A stretch of DNA of 64,000 bases from Leptospiraceae bacterium (GCA_040217195.1 JAVJNR010000004.1:704001-768000), one strand, 5' to 3'; numbered from the stretch's first letter, positions 28,328-39,800 are shown. The notes: generated by a model from the sequence alone, not told the origin. Numbers and translations: made by a program.

Positions 28328-29674
28328 CTATTCCCGGGTGGATGGATTGGTCTCAGCGCCCTTTTCAGACAGGCTGTACCAGTCCACATTTCGTGTAAGA
28401 TACATCACCACAGCCAGTAGAACAAAAAGTGCCACGGAACCCAGAAGCAAGGCTGTATCCTCACTTGTGAGAACCATAAACAGATAACTGTAGAGACCGG
28501 TCATCAGTCCTCCAGCTACCAGCGCCCGTTTCCGGTCTCTCAGAATGGCCAGGGTGTATAGCCCGATCAAAAGCACAACGGCCACTGCAGAAATCAGATA
28601 GGACACAGCAAAAGGCATATGCTCTGAAAAAGAAGTGAAGAGCACGTAAAAGATGACCATGGCACTACCCACCATCAGATACTGCACCGGATGGATTCTT
28701 CGAGTGCCAAAAATCTCAAACAGAAAGTACCCGGCGAAGGTTACCGTCAAAAATAGTATCGCATACTTTACTGCTCTTTCTGATTTCTGATAATGATCCA
28801 CCGGCAGGATCAATTCAAGACCAAACCTGGAAGGAAAAAGAGAGGCATGACTGGCCTGCTCCGAAGCCACAAATTCCTGGCCATAGCCTCGCCCAAAGAA
28901 TGAAGTGTTCCAGTTCGCTGTAAAACCTCCATCGGTAATATTATGGGAGTCAGGCAGCAGGGAGCCGGTGAATCCTGGATCCGCCCAGTTTGATTTAAGC
29001 TCCAGAGTGGTTGATTTACCCATGGGCGTGATAAAGAACTCACTGCTTCCCTGTAATCGCACGGAAAAAGCGAATTTAGCCACACCTCCCCTGGTAGGAT
29101 CTACATTCAGCGGAATATGTAATCCCTGGGCAAACAGTTCCGAGCCTGCAGTTCCTGGAAGGAAAGTTCGCTTAACTCCATTCCAGTCCATGGTCAATTG
29201 CTCTTTAATGCCCCGAGTATCCGGAATGGAGACTATGATAACTGCCTGATCCCAGAAAATTCTTCGAATCTCTCCGCGATAGGGAATGCTTCGCGGCAAT
29301 TTAAATGTTCCCTTTACATCCAGATCCAGAGTATACAGCACAGCTTCATAGATACCCCTTTTACGAGTCTTCGCCTGTAGATCGCCATTGAAATTCAAAT
29401 CCTCCGGCAGAAAATAAGCCTGATCCATTGCAACTTCTACCTGATCTTTGGTGCGGGCGGTGACCCTTTGAAAGGGCACCATGATAATTGGCCCCTGTAC
29501 AGTCTGAGCTCCGCCCCATCTAGATGCGATTTCGCTCACTGTGTCGTTGTAGCGAAACATCCTCTCCTCTATCAGACCACGCACAAACTGCACGGGAATC
29601 AAAAGCAGAAGTATTAGAAATCCGATGATCAAAATCCGCACCATGGCGGATCTACCAATATTTGAAAGATTCAT
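28328..29674 (-). CDS. creD: Inner membrane protein CreD
   Basis: LIEER, WGGAQTVQGP, RKRGIYE, ERAVKYAILF, IHPVQYLMVG, SFSEH, MYLTRNVDWY. Confidence 0.95.
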   Translation of the reverse strand: MNLSNIGRSAMVRILIIGFLILLLLIPVQFVRGLIEERMFRYNDTVSEIASRWGGAQTVQGPIIMVPFQRVTARTKDQVEVAMDQAYFLPEDLNFNGDLQAKTRKRGIYEAVLYTLDLDVKGTFKLPRSIPYRGEIRRIFWDQAVIIVSIPDTRGIKEQLTMDWNGVKRTFLPGTAGSELFAQGLHIPLNVDPTRGGVAKFAFSVRLQGSSEFFITPMGKSTTLELKSNWADPGFTGSLLPDSHNITDGGFTANWNTSFFGRGYGQEFVASEQASHASLFPSRFGLELILPVDHYQKSERAVKYAILFLTVTFAGYFLFEIFGTRRIHPVQYLMVGSAMVIFYVLFTSFSEHMPFAVSYLISAVAVVLLIGLYTLAILRDRKRALVAGGLMTGLYSYLFMVLTSEDTALLLGSVALFVLLAVVMYLTRNVDWYSLSEKGAETNPSTRE

Positions 29675-29887
29675 TTCTCCTCCTTGAAAGGTGCCCGGGT
29701 CTATGCGAACCGGTGTTCTTTCAGTTGAGACTATAATCGTATGGAAAGGTGGGATGAATTTGAGCGAAGTATGCAGGATAGAGAAAAGTTGGTGAGCAAA
29801 TAGACAATCAGATGATCACTTCCGGGACTTTTATGAGCGAACTGTGAGCAGGCTGCGGAGGTGTGGTCAGACACAAAGGTTGATGTA

Positions 29888-31458
29888 TTAATTCTCCGCC
29901 GGCAGCGGAAATTGAAGCCTGGAAATAACGCCATGACCATCGGTTGCGTTTCGCACAGAAACCCGGCCGCCATGAAGCTCCATCACTTCCTGAACAAAAG
30001 GCAGACCCAGACCGGTGCTTTTTCGTCCAGATCCTTTTCTGGGCAATGAGTAGAATCTCTCAAAGATTCGATCCAGGGCATACTCCGGAATGGGGGGCCC
30101 CTGGTTTTCCACCTCCAGGATTCTCCAGCTCTGGTCGGATTCCAATTCATCCAGAACTCGAACCTGGATTTCGGAATCTGATTCTGCAAATTCCATGGCA
30201 TTTCGAACTATGTTAGCAATAGCAATGCTGATTAAGAATCGATCCCCCATTACCAGAGTGCCAGTTTCAGAAGCAGTGAATCGAATGGGAAGACTGGACT
30301 TCTGGCTATCCAGAATTTCGCCAAGGGATACCGGCTCCAATTCTACCGATTTTTGATTCTCTACCGTGGCCAGATCCAGCATACGTTCAATCATATCCTG
30401 AATCCGAGCGGTTTCCTGCTGAATGTTCTGGACCAGCTGCCCTCTTCTGGCTCCAGGTGCCTCCTCCAGCAATTCCACTGATCCTCGCAATGCGGTTAAA
30501 GGACTCTTGATTTCATGATTCAGGGTCTGAATATACTTCTCTATGTAATTCTTCCCTTCCAGTTCCAGGCGCAAATCATCTAATGCCTGGCCAAGTTCTC
30601 CTATCTCAGTTCTGGGCAATGAAGGAAGTTGAACCCTTCGCCCTTTGCGCAAATCGGACACATACTGCGAAAGCTTTCGCACAGGCAAACTGACCCAGAG
30701 AAAAATCAAACCTGCAAACAGAAAGATTGCGCAGGCAGTAAGTAGAGCGGCAGTAAGGGATCGTCTCTGGGCCAGCTGAATAAATGGAGTAACGCTGTCT
30801 TTGGGCTTCATCACTGTGAGCACACCTACAATGTGTTTTCCATACCGGATGGGTGCAGCCACGTATAGAGCTCCGGTTTGTGGATCGGATTCCACCATCC
30901 GCGATGATCGGGCACCGTATTTTCCTTTTAAAGTCAGATATACATCGTTCATCCTTGATAGATCTTCGCCTGTACGCAGGCCACTGGAATCATAGAGCAC
31001 AATTCCATTATGATCGGTAACATATACAAACAGGTTCATGTGAGTCTTGACTATGTCATAGATTCTAGCTTCGAACTGTCTATCCTCGGCCCTTTCCATG
31101 ATTCGTTCCAATGACTGGGTAGCATCTGTGAGCCTTCTGGATATGCTTCTTAGATCGGCTTTGCTTAGATTTGATTGGCCCTGTGTAGAATCCGTGGACT
31201 GATAATCGGGATCGGGATGCTTATGCTTATCATAGGCAGATCCATTGTTCTGCTTTGCAGTGGCAGGGATGCGATAGGAGGGAAAGGAAAGCCTGGATTC
31301 CAGATACGCAGCCAGAAGATGGGCCGTATCATTCATAGACTCTTCTACTGATTCCAGATACCTGGGTCGAATTTCAGCAAGAGTAGACTGAATGAAATAG
31401 TAGAACGCTCCGCTCAGGATAAAAAAAAACCGGCCAGTAATCGAAAGAATAGCTTCAT
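29888..31458 (-). pseudogene. creC: Sensor histidine kinase CreC, frameshifted as sequenced in a T9 tract (or a sequencing error)
   Basis: The 29888..31336 ORF has CreC motifs (NDVYLTLKGKYGARSS, LYVAAPI, HEIKSPL, KSTGLGL) but lacks TM1. From ATG 31458, which overlaps the creB stop, the frame hits TGA after T9. One extra T restores MKLFFRLLAGFFFILSGAFYYF...EIRPRYLESVEESMNDTA. Confidence 0.8.
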
Positions 31459-32219
31459 TTTTTTTCCTCTCGAAAGAATTCCCGTGGAATGCAGTATCCC
31501 AGACCTCTTCGAGTTTCTATGGGATCCGAACCAGGGTCCACTTTCCTCAGAGCGTTTCGAATGTTCTTGATTACAGTATCTACGGCTCGGTCAAAGCTTT
31601 CTTCCGGTTCAGTCCATACATGATCCATAATCTGCTCTCTGGAAAACACCATACCCGACCTATCCAGCAAGAGTCGTAGAGTTCCATACTCATAAGGACT
31701 CAGCGGAAGCTTTTGTTCTTTAAAATAGATTAACTGCGCACTTAGATCCAGACGAAAGGGGCCATAGATTCTTTCTCCCAGCCCGTCCTCATCTGGCCTG
31801 GATTGAGTGGAGTCTGCCGAAGATGAGTCTCCGTCGGGCACGGTATTCCATCTACGAAGGATGGCCTTTACCCTGGATACCACCTCTCGGGGCGAAAATG
31901 GCTTGGTGACGTAGTCATCGGCACCCAGTTCCAGACCCAGTATTCGATCTATTTCCTCTGCACGCGCAGTGAGCATCAAAACTGGAATGGAGTGATTCTG
32001 GCGAATCTGTCGCAACACCTCAAAGCCTGTTTGGTCTGGCAAGCCTACGTCCAGGATCACAAAGGCTGCTGGATTGGACTTCAATGCTTTCAAGCCTGCA
32101 GCACCGGTATGGACCACTTCTGTGGAAAAGCCCTCCAGATCCAGGGCAATGGAAAGAGTATCTGCTATTGCAGGTTCATCTTCTACAATGAGCACTCTTC
32201 CATCAAATGTCGGGGGCAT
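31455..32219 (-). CDS. creB: OmpR-family response regulator CreB
   Basis: LIVEDEPAIADT, ILDVGLPD, LELGADDYVTKPFSPREV, winged-helix IETRRGLGY; lies upstream of creC-creD. Confidence 0.9.
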   Translation of the reverse strand: MPPTFDGRVLIVEDEPAIADTLSIALDLEGFSTEVVHTGAAGLKALKSNPAAFVILDVGLPDQTGFEVLRQIRQNHSIPVLMLTARAEEIDRILGLELGADDYVTKPFSPREVVSRVKAILRRWNTVPDGDSSSADSTQSRPDEDGLGERIYGPFRLDLSAQLIYFKEQKLPLSPYEYGTLRLLLDRSGMVFSREQIMDHVWTEPEESFDRAVDTVIKNIRNALRKVDPGSDPIETRRGLGYCIPREFFREEKK

Positions 32220-32652
32220 CCTTCTGACTTCCTTCGGGCACAAAGATGATTTCCCGGTAATTCTCTCCCGGGTTGACCAGAGTAAGTATCATTTCCTGAC
32301 CCTGATATGCGAAATAAAGCATTCGATACTGCAAATCGACGCATTCTCCACGGCGAGCCACAAATTCGCTTCGCAGTATTCCATACACTTCCAGCCTGCA
32401 TCCATTTCCAGTTAATAGACCTGTGAAGCTGAGTTCCATATGATTGTCTGGCAGCACCTTTAGTACGGTGGTACCGCTCTTCTCTTCCCAGGAGCCCTGG
32501 GGCAATACAAAATAAGACGGTGTTTGAGGCTGGGCAAAAGCAGATTGAACACTTATCAAACTTGCAATCATGCAAAGAAGCAGTGTTGCAAACGAAGGAA
32601 AATTTTCTGGAGACAGTCGATGCATGGACAATCCAAGTTGAGCAAAGTCCAT
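32203..32652 (-). CDS. Small exported hypothetical protein; start uncertain
   Basis: Signal-like segment ending SAFAQ; beta-rich body with 2 Cys; overlaps the creB start. Confidence 0.5.
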   Translation of the reverse strand: MDFAQLGLSMHRLSPENFPSFATLLLCMIASLISVQSAFAQPQTPSYFVLPQGSWEEKSGTTVLKVLPDNHMELSFTGLLTGNGCRLEVYGILRSEFVARRGECVDLQYRMLYFAYQGQEMILTLVNPGENYREIIFVPEGSQKDAPDI

Positions 32653-32808
32653 TTCAAGGTGAAGCTGAATTTGGCTGTGTTGTTGTTCCGTTGTAGAAAT
32701 GCAGATCTGGAAATAATTCGGCTGGAATGCCTCTCATCTAAATCTATCGTTTCTGGCAGGCCAAATGGAAGCTTATGCCAGGAAAGGAAAAATGCTATAA
32801 ATAGTAAG

Positions 32809-33282
32809 TTATCTTCTAAGATCCAGCAATATGCCTCTTACACCCTCCAGGGCTTTTAACAGTCCAAAGGCTGCATTTCGCTTGGAGCGAATCAGACCGG
32901 CCATTTGATCGATTCTCTCATCCAGGACCCTTACATACCTGAGTTCAACCTTTTCCCCGGTCCCTTTTCCTTTCCTGTGAACATGCTCTACCCGGGTATT
33001 GAGTCTAAGAGTAGCACTCAGAATCTTTCGTACCAACTCTTTATAAGAAAGTAGATTTTCCTGGGATGGATGATTGAGCAACTCCTGCTCCGCCTCGGGA
33101 AGGTCGGACCAGAGACGATTCAACTCCGCCGCATCCGCATTTTCTGCAGGAAGTACTTCATTTAGAATGTCCAGAAAAGGACTGCTTTTGGGCTTACTGG
33201 AGGATCCGGCCGCACTGGCCTTCTGGCCTTTCCGGTTACCTGTTCGCTTCAGGTCATCTCCGTAATTTGTTCGAACCTGCAT
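32809..33282 (-). CDS. YaaR/DUF327 family protein
   Basis: L...PS.ENL..YKELVRKIL and the C-terminal GILLDL pattern. Confidence 0.75.
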   Translation of the reverse strand: MQVRTNYGDDLKRTGNRKGQKASAAGSSSKPKSSPFLDILNEVLPAENADAAELNRLWSDLPEAEQELLNHPSQENLLSYKELVRKILSATLRLNTRVEHVHRKGKGTGEKVELRYVRVLDERIDQMAGLIRSKRNAAFGLLKALEGVRGILLDLRR

Positions 33283-33339
33283 GATTTCAATCTCGGTTAA
33301 TTATAGTGAAAGAAAAGCAGTGCAGCGGCGTTTGTACAG

Positions 33340-33368
33340 AAAAAAAGCGGCCCCTGAGGACCGCTTTA
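33340..33368 (-). terminator. Intrinsic terminator after the loa22-like gene
   Basis: aaagcgg...ccgcttt stem with a T7 tract on the minus strand. Confidence 0.7.
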
Positions 33369-33391
33369 TTTAGCAAGAAAGGAAGAAATCC

Positions 33392-33913
33392 TTATTGCTG
33401 AGGTACGATCTTAAAAGTCACTCGACGGTTGTCCGCATCACGAGGATCGGCGTCAAGCAGCAGTTCGTCGTCTGCAACCCCTTTGTAGGTTAGCTTTTCT
33501 TTGGGGAAACCAGCTTTGATCAGCGCATCATATACGCCTTTCGCTCGCTGAGTAGAATACCAAACGTTTCCTTTTTTACCACCCATCTGATCTCGAGGTC
33601 CGATAGAGCAGGTGTGGCCAGTTACTTGTAGTACATAACCATCACCAACTTTATTCAGTGCATCTTCCAGGGGCTGTTTCAGCTCGTCTTCAATGTACTT
33701 CTGATCAGCTGCAGGAAATGCAACCGCTTTGTAACCATAGCCGTCGTTGTCTGGAGAGTACCCTAGCTGGGCCAGTCCTTTGTTAACGATATCAAGTGGG
33801 CTTCCCAGGTCGCGTGTTGAACCGGTATCCGAAGAGGACCCACAAGCTGCCAGGCTTACAACAAACAGAGACACGGAAGCAAGCTTGAGCACAGATTTCA
33901 TTTGTTTGCTCAT
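33392..33913 (-). CDS. loa22: OmpA-domain lipoprotein, Loa22-like
   Basis: Lipobox LAAC. VTGHTCSIGP...GKKGNVWYSTQRA, DADNRRVTF and C-terminal PQQ closely resemble my recollection of Leptospira Loa22. AGGAG RBS. Confidence 0.8.
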   Translation of the reverse strand: MSKQMKSVLKLASVSLFVVSLAACGSSSDTGSTRDLGSPLDIVNKGLAQLGYSPDNDGYGYKAVAFPAADQKYIEDELKQPLEDALNKVGDGYVLQVTGHTCSIGPRDQMGGKKGNVWYSTQRAKGVYDALIKAGFPKEKLTYKGVADDELLLDADPRDADNRRVTFKIVPQQ

Positions 33914-33993
33914 GGCAATACTCCTAAATTTTTGACGAAGGATGGGGGTATCGCGGCTGGTTGTAAACTACAATTTTTCCCCCGATCAAAGCA

Positions 33994-34926
33994 ATGAAGC
34001 AAGAAACATACCAATTTACCGTAGAGCCCCTCCAGGAGGGTATGCGATTGGATCAATTCCTGGCCGGAGCTCTTCAGGAGAGCTACAGCCGCAGTGAAAT
34101 TCAGAAATGGATTCTGGAAGGCCTGGTAACGGTCGATGGTCAGTTGATTTCGGAAAGATCCCGGAAACTGTCGCAAAACCAACACATTGAGGCCACTCCC
34201 AGGGTACTTCCAGAGAATTCGCAGGAGCAAGTTCACCTGGATTTTGATGTAATCTTCGAAGATAAGCACCTGGCAGTGCTACATAAGCCGGCCGGTATCG
34301 CCGTACATCCAGGGCCCGGGGACTCTTCTATCACATTATTGCATGGAATACTGCACCGTTGGCCGTCCCTGAAAGGCCAGGGCAGTCGACCAGGCATTGT
34401 ACATCGGCTGGATAAACCTACAGAAGGGATCTTGCTCATTGCCCTGGATTCGGAGGTGCAATGGAAGCTTTCCCGTCTATTCCAGGAAAGAAAGGTGGAT
34501 AAGCGATATGTAGCCTATCTGCTCAGCACTCCCTCAGAAATGGAGGGCCGGCTGGAATTCCCTCTCATTCGGGATCGGGTGGACCGGAGAAAACGAACGG
34601 TACATTCTTCCGGCCGAGATGCAACAACGCTATATAAGGTCACCGATATCTACAAAACCCGAAGGGGCCGAAAACTTTGCAGAGTGGAAATCGATCTAAT
34701 CACCGGCAGGACTCATCAGATTCGAGCCCATTTTGCGCACATTGGTTGTCCCGTGGTAGGGGATGATCTTTATTCCCGAAGCTCCAGGGAGTTTTCTCGT
34801 TTTGGAATGCTACTTCTCTCCGCTCATCTAGGTTTTGAGCATCCGGTTACCGGAAAGAGAATGGAATTCGATCTGGAGGAACCGGAAAGATTCCAGGAGT
34901 TTGCCCGAAAGGCAGAATTCTATTGA
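33994..34926 (+). CDS. rluD: RluA/RluD-family 23S rRNA pseudouridine synthase
   Basis: S4 domain (RLDQFL), HKPAG, GIVHRLDKPTEG, TGRTHQIRAH. Confidence 0.9.
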   Translation: MKQETYQFTVEPLQEGMRLDQFLAGALQESYSRSEIQKWILEGLVTVDGQLISERSRKLSQNQHIEATPRVLPENSQEQVHLDFDVIFEDKHLAVLHKPAGIAVHPGPGDSSITLLHGILHRWPSLKGQGSRPGIVHRLDKPTEGILLIALDSEVQWKLSRLFQERKVDKRYVAYLLSTPSEMEGRLEFPLIRDRVDRRKRTVHSSGRDATTLYKVTDIYKTRRGRKLCRVEIDLITGRTHQIRAHFAHIGCPVVGDDLYSRSSREFSRFGMLLLSAHLGFEHPVTGKRMEFDLEEPERFQEFARKAEFY

Positions 34927-35014
34927 GTTTATCCTTTTTAGAGCCGTAGCAATCTTTAACCACTATCTTGGCCGCAGATAAATAGGATCCAGGAATGGAT
35001 CCAGGGGAGTTTTC

Positions 35015-35263
35015 ATGTCATTTGAACCAGCGATTCCACAAAAGAAACCATATGTCCTGGAAGGACAGGAAGGAGAAAAGAAGGCCTGGTGTAGTTGTGG
35101 CCTTTCGGATAAGCAGCCGTTCTGCGATGGATCCCATGCCAGACAGGGAACGGGAATGAGTCCGAAGGTAGTAGTTTGTGAAAAGTCCGGCAAACAGGCC
35201 TGGTGTGGATGCAAGCGAACCGGAAATCCTCCTTTCTGCGACGGTAGCCACAATTCTCTCTGA
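35015..35263 (+). CDS. Tandem CDGSH [2Fe-2S] (NEET/MiNT-like) protein
   Basis: Two motifs: WCSCGLSDKQPFCDGSH and WCGCKRTGNPPFCDGSH. Confidence 0.93.
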   Translation: MSFEPAIPQKKPYVLEGQEGEKKAWCSCGLSDKQPFCDGSHARQGTGMSPKVVVCEKSGKQAWCGCKRTGNPPFCDGSHNSL

Positions 35264-35595
35264 TGTGTCATAGTGCAATCCTGGCCTTTTGAAAGATCTT
35301 TCCTTCTAGCAACACAGGGCCTGGCGATTATTCCGGAATTTCATCTCCGTTGTTCGATCCGCACAGTGTATCCAAAACGCTACAGTATGGATCTTTAATC
35401 CACGGCAAAATGCATCATCCTGACACTTTAGCCAGTTTAATAAATAAATGCGATTGGATCTCAAAGGCCTTCAAAGCCCTGTTTGAAGGCAATATTCTTC
35501 GGTACACGGGTCCGGCTGCATGATTTTCAGGATAATTCGGGCTTACCAGCCTCTGGGTACGGTTCTTGCTTTAGTATGCTTATCAGGAGATACAC

Positions 35596-36537
35596 ATGAT
35601 GACGCATCCTGCAGAAATAGTAAGACCTACAGACAGAATCGGGCGAATGAACCGAGCTACGATGGCAAGGCCGGTGATTATAGAAGGCACCGGGATTCAT
35701 AGCGGAGAAACCGGACAAATCGTTCTAAAGCCCGCAGAGGCCGGTACAGGCCTGATTTTTAAGGGTACGGGCAGCCGAATAGGCGATATTCCGGTGAGCC
35801 CATTTTACGCTCAGGATGGCATTCAGGCCGTAACCCTGGGAAATCGGCACTGGCAAATTAAGACTGTGGAGCATCTGCTCTGTGCCATGGCTGCAGCAGG
35901 GGTTTCTGACTGTATCATGGAAACCACAATGTCCGAGGTTCCCATTCTGGATGGCTCTTCTCAGCCTTTCTACGATCTAATCATGGAAGCCGGAGTGCAG
36001 GACCTGGATGAGCCCATGGAACCACTTAAGCTCTCCAATCCAGTCTGGGTCATTGAAAATGACCGATACGTAGTAGCCCTCCCCTCCGAAGAATTTAAAG
36101 TAACTTATACCATCGACTATCCCCATCCCATGCTGCGGGGGCAGACCATGACCATGGCTCTGAACGCAGAAAACCTCATCGAAGATATACTTCCAGCAAG
36201 AACCTTTGGCTTCCTGAAGGATGTAGAAGAACTAAGAAAAAGAGGCCTGATCCAGGGCGGATCTCTGGATAATGCCGTTGTACTTACAGAAGACGGCTAT
36301 TTGAACGATGACCTTCGTTTTGAAGATGAATGCATTAGACACAAGATTCTGGACCTGGTAGGAGATCTGTACCTCCTGGGTCGTCCGCTGAAGGCTCATA
36401 TTGTGGCTTTCCGGGCGGGACATAGCCTGGATATTTCTCTGGGCAAAAAAATTCAGACCAGAATTGCTATGGATGAGCTGGCTTCTAGAAAAGAGCGGAT
36501 TGAGCAAGCTCAAGTGTCTGTTTCCGGGCGTATCTGA
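35596..36537 (+). CDS. lpxC: UDP-3-O-acyl-GlcNAc deacetylase
   Basis: GTGIHSG, TVEHLL, EVPILDGSS, PARTFGF, GGSLDNAVV, RHKILDLVGDL, GH. Confidence 0.96.
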   Translation: MMTHPAEIVRPTDRIGRMNRATMARPVIIEGTGIHSGETGQIVLKPAEAGTGLIFKGTGSRIGDIPVSPFYAQDGIQAVTLGNRHWQIKTVEHLLCAMAAAGVSDCIMETTMSEVPILDGSSQPFYDLIMEAGVQDLDEPMEPLKLSNPVWVIENDRYVVALPSEEFKVTYTIDYPHPMLRGQTMTMALNAENLIEDILPARTFGFLKDVEELRKRGLIQGGSLDNAVVLTEDGYLNDDLRFEDECIRHKILDLVGDLYLLGRPLKAHIVAFRAGHSLDISLGKKIQTRIAMDELASRKERIEQAQVSVSGRI

Positions 36538-36804
36538 TCGCATTTCCAGCCTCCGGGGGCTTTCAGGCCCCCGCATCTGAAACAGAGAATTCGGCAGCAC
36601 CAAAAAATATAGCTGCCTACTCTATTGAATATAGTTCATCCAATTTGTATTGACACTCCCCTGAAAGGCCGACAATAAAAGCAGCGCCTCCAGGAGTTCT
36701 GGATACCTGTACGGTATTCTGCCTCTTTGAAGCGAAAACAGGTGTCTCATGCACGGTTGACGATTTACCACGTCGTCAACGGAGTGAAACAGGGGAGAGC
36801 AACA

Positions 36805-39800
36805 GTGGCCACCGGCGATTTTCTATTTGATCTAAACATCTATTTCAACTTCTTCAGCTTTGGAACACTCCTGGCTGTGGTCTTTACCGGATTTCTATCC
36901 GTATTTCTTCTGACTCTGCCCAACAAGTCCAAAGGCACAATGCACCTGGGCCTGGCGTTCTTTTTCTTCGCACTGTTCAGCCTTGGATACTTCCTGGCTG
37001 CTATGTACTATGCTCCGGAAGCGGCATGGCACAGATATTTCACACTTGGATGGGTAGGACCTGCATTTATCCATCTGGCTCAATGGGTACGAAAATTCCC
37101 CAGAGACCATCATCCGAAGGCATCTCGGATTCTCGGAATAGTGCAATGGGCCGGCTGGATTGGCCTGATGACCTACTTCATCTACGTTACGCAACAGGCC
37201 GACTACAAGTATCACTTTACCGGACACTACTGGGACTTCGATGCAGAATTCGCCAGTAAGATCGGCTCCTATTTTATTATCCTCTACCTTCTGATCTTTG
37301 TTGGTATTAGTATTGGTCGTATTATTCGGGTCCAGGGAACTCAGACCAAGCTTGCCATTACCGCTATCCTGTTTGCTGTTCTTGCCGGTGCCATCCCTCC
37401 TTCTTCGCTGAATACCCTCAGTCGGGACGGTAGTGTCGATCGCGGAATATTCCTGATTAGCCTGGTATTCTGTACCGTAATTGCCTTTTTCCTCATTGTA
37501 GTAATCTATACGAACACCACGAAGGACCGTACCACCTTCATGGCAAAGATTGTTGGTATTACTCTGGTTACCTTTCTTCTGGTTCTGCAGGGACTTAGTT
37601 ACTTCTTCGTGGAAGATAAAGAAAACCAGTACAATGAATTAAGACTGGAGTACGCGAAACGGGCCCTGGAAGGAGGTGCAATCAATGAAAGCATTCAATA
37701 CATTGCGCGAATTCCCATGCACCGGCAAACCCAGGAACAGGCAGAAGCCAATCCGAATGGTAAGCTGGATCTGTACTATACCTCCGATGAATACTTCAAT
37801 ACTCCGCCGGAGAAAAGAATCGATTTCGAGCTGGCCAAAAGTGACTTCTTGAACACTGCACTCTATCAAGAAATCAAGTCTATGCCAGATACTGGATTTG
37901 AAGCGTCGCTGGAAGAAGAGCTAAGCCTCATGCCGTCAACCTTCGATGGATACAAAAAGTCCATTCGCACTTATCTACAGAACTACAATGGCACGGCGCC
38001 TGAGAAAAAGCAGGCATTGCTGGACCATATCAATGAGCTGAACCAGCTGGCCTTTGTAAACTCCAACCGAATCAGCTACATTCATAGAGACAATTTCCGG
38101 GAGAACCTGGAGAATTATCTGCCAAAGACCAAAGAAGCTTTTGCGCCGTTCTCGGAAGAAATCAAGGATTACCTTAAGAAGAATCCAGCCCTGGACGGAG
38201 ACGAGCTAAAGGAGAAAGTGCTGGTTTTTCTCAGTCCTTTTAAGGCAGAAGAAACCAGACACTACAGAAAGAGCCGGGACGGTCAGAAGCATTTTGTCTC
38301 GTACATTATCTACAACGAGAAGGAGCACGTGGCTTACGAAACAGGCTATTCCTACACCGCCTATCGTATCTTCATGCATCCGTCTTCCTATAAGCAGAGC
38401 CTGATATTATTTGGACTTCTGATCATTGTACTTGGACTGTTCCCACTCTTCTTTCGCGGAAGTCTGGTAAGCCCACTAAACAATCTACTGGATGGTGTCC
38501 GTAAGGTAAACAGTGGAGACCTGGAAGTGAAGGTTCCAATTCATGTTCAGGATGAGATTGGCTTTCTGGCAGATTCCTTTAATAACATGGTTAGTTCCAT
38601 TCGCGAAGCAAGGGATAAGTTACAGGATTATGCCAACAACCTGGAAGACAAAGTAAAGGAACGAACTGCAGAACTAAATCAGACTCTGGAAGAAGTGCAG
38701 AAGCTAAAGTCTCAGCAGGACGGGGACTACTTTCTCACATCCTTGCTTGCCAAACCGCTTAACTTCAATGCCAACAAGTCGGACTCCGTTCAGACAGACT
38801 TCCTTCTGGAACAGAAGAAGAAATTCGAATTTCGTAACAAAAGCGCCGACCTGGGTGGAGACATCTGTGTAACCGGTAACCTTCGTTTTGGTAACGAAGA
38901 ACAGTTCCGCCGCTATGTTGTAGCTGTTAACGGCGATGCAATGGGTAAATCCATGCAGGGAGCCGGAGGGGCCATTGTAATGGGAGTTGTGGTAAACTCC
39001 ATTATGGCTCGTTCTGCCCGGCATGACCGAATCCTGGATTATACTCCTGAACAATGGCTAACCGAATTCTACGAAGAACTTCAGGGAGTTTTTCTGGCCT
39101 TCAATGGCTCAATGGCCATCTCCGCAGTGGTAAGCGTAATCGATGAAGATACGGGGGAGATGTGGTATTTCAACGCCGAGCACCCCTATACCATTCTATA
39201 TAGAAACGGTAAGGCCAGTTTCATTGAAGAAGAGTTGCTTCTCAGAAAAATTGGTCTGGAGTCAGACATCCCGTTTGAAGTCCAGAGGTTCCAGCTGGAA
39301 CCAGGTGACGTTATCATCATGGGCTCTGACGGTAGGGATGATATTGATCTGTCCCCTGGTTCTGAGATTCGAGACATCAATGAAGATGAGTATCTAATTC
39401 TTCGCACGGTTGAATCAGCGGATGCTGACCTGGCGCGAATCCAGGCGGAAACAGAAAAGAATGGAGAATTGACGGATGACCTGTCCCTGCTTCGTCTGGG
39501 ATTTCGGGAATCCAGCGTAAGTCGTTCTTCCGCTTCCCTTCTGGAAGATCCCGAGCGCCAGATCATTGAAATAGATGCCTACGATACGGAACTGGCAGAA
39601 AGCGAGTTTGAAGAACTTTTCCATAAGGGCCGATCCCTGGCCCGGGAAGGTAGCTCCGAAGAAGCACTGAAGCTTCTCAAGCAGGCCTATGATCTGAAAA
39701 AGAACGAACCAGCCTTGAATAAGATTCTGGCCGTTCTCACCTTTAAAGGTAAGGAATATCAAACCGCAGTAGATGTTCTGGAAAAATACCTGGAACACGA

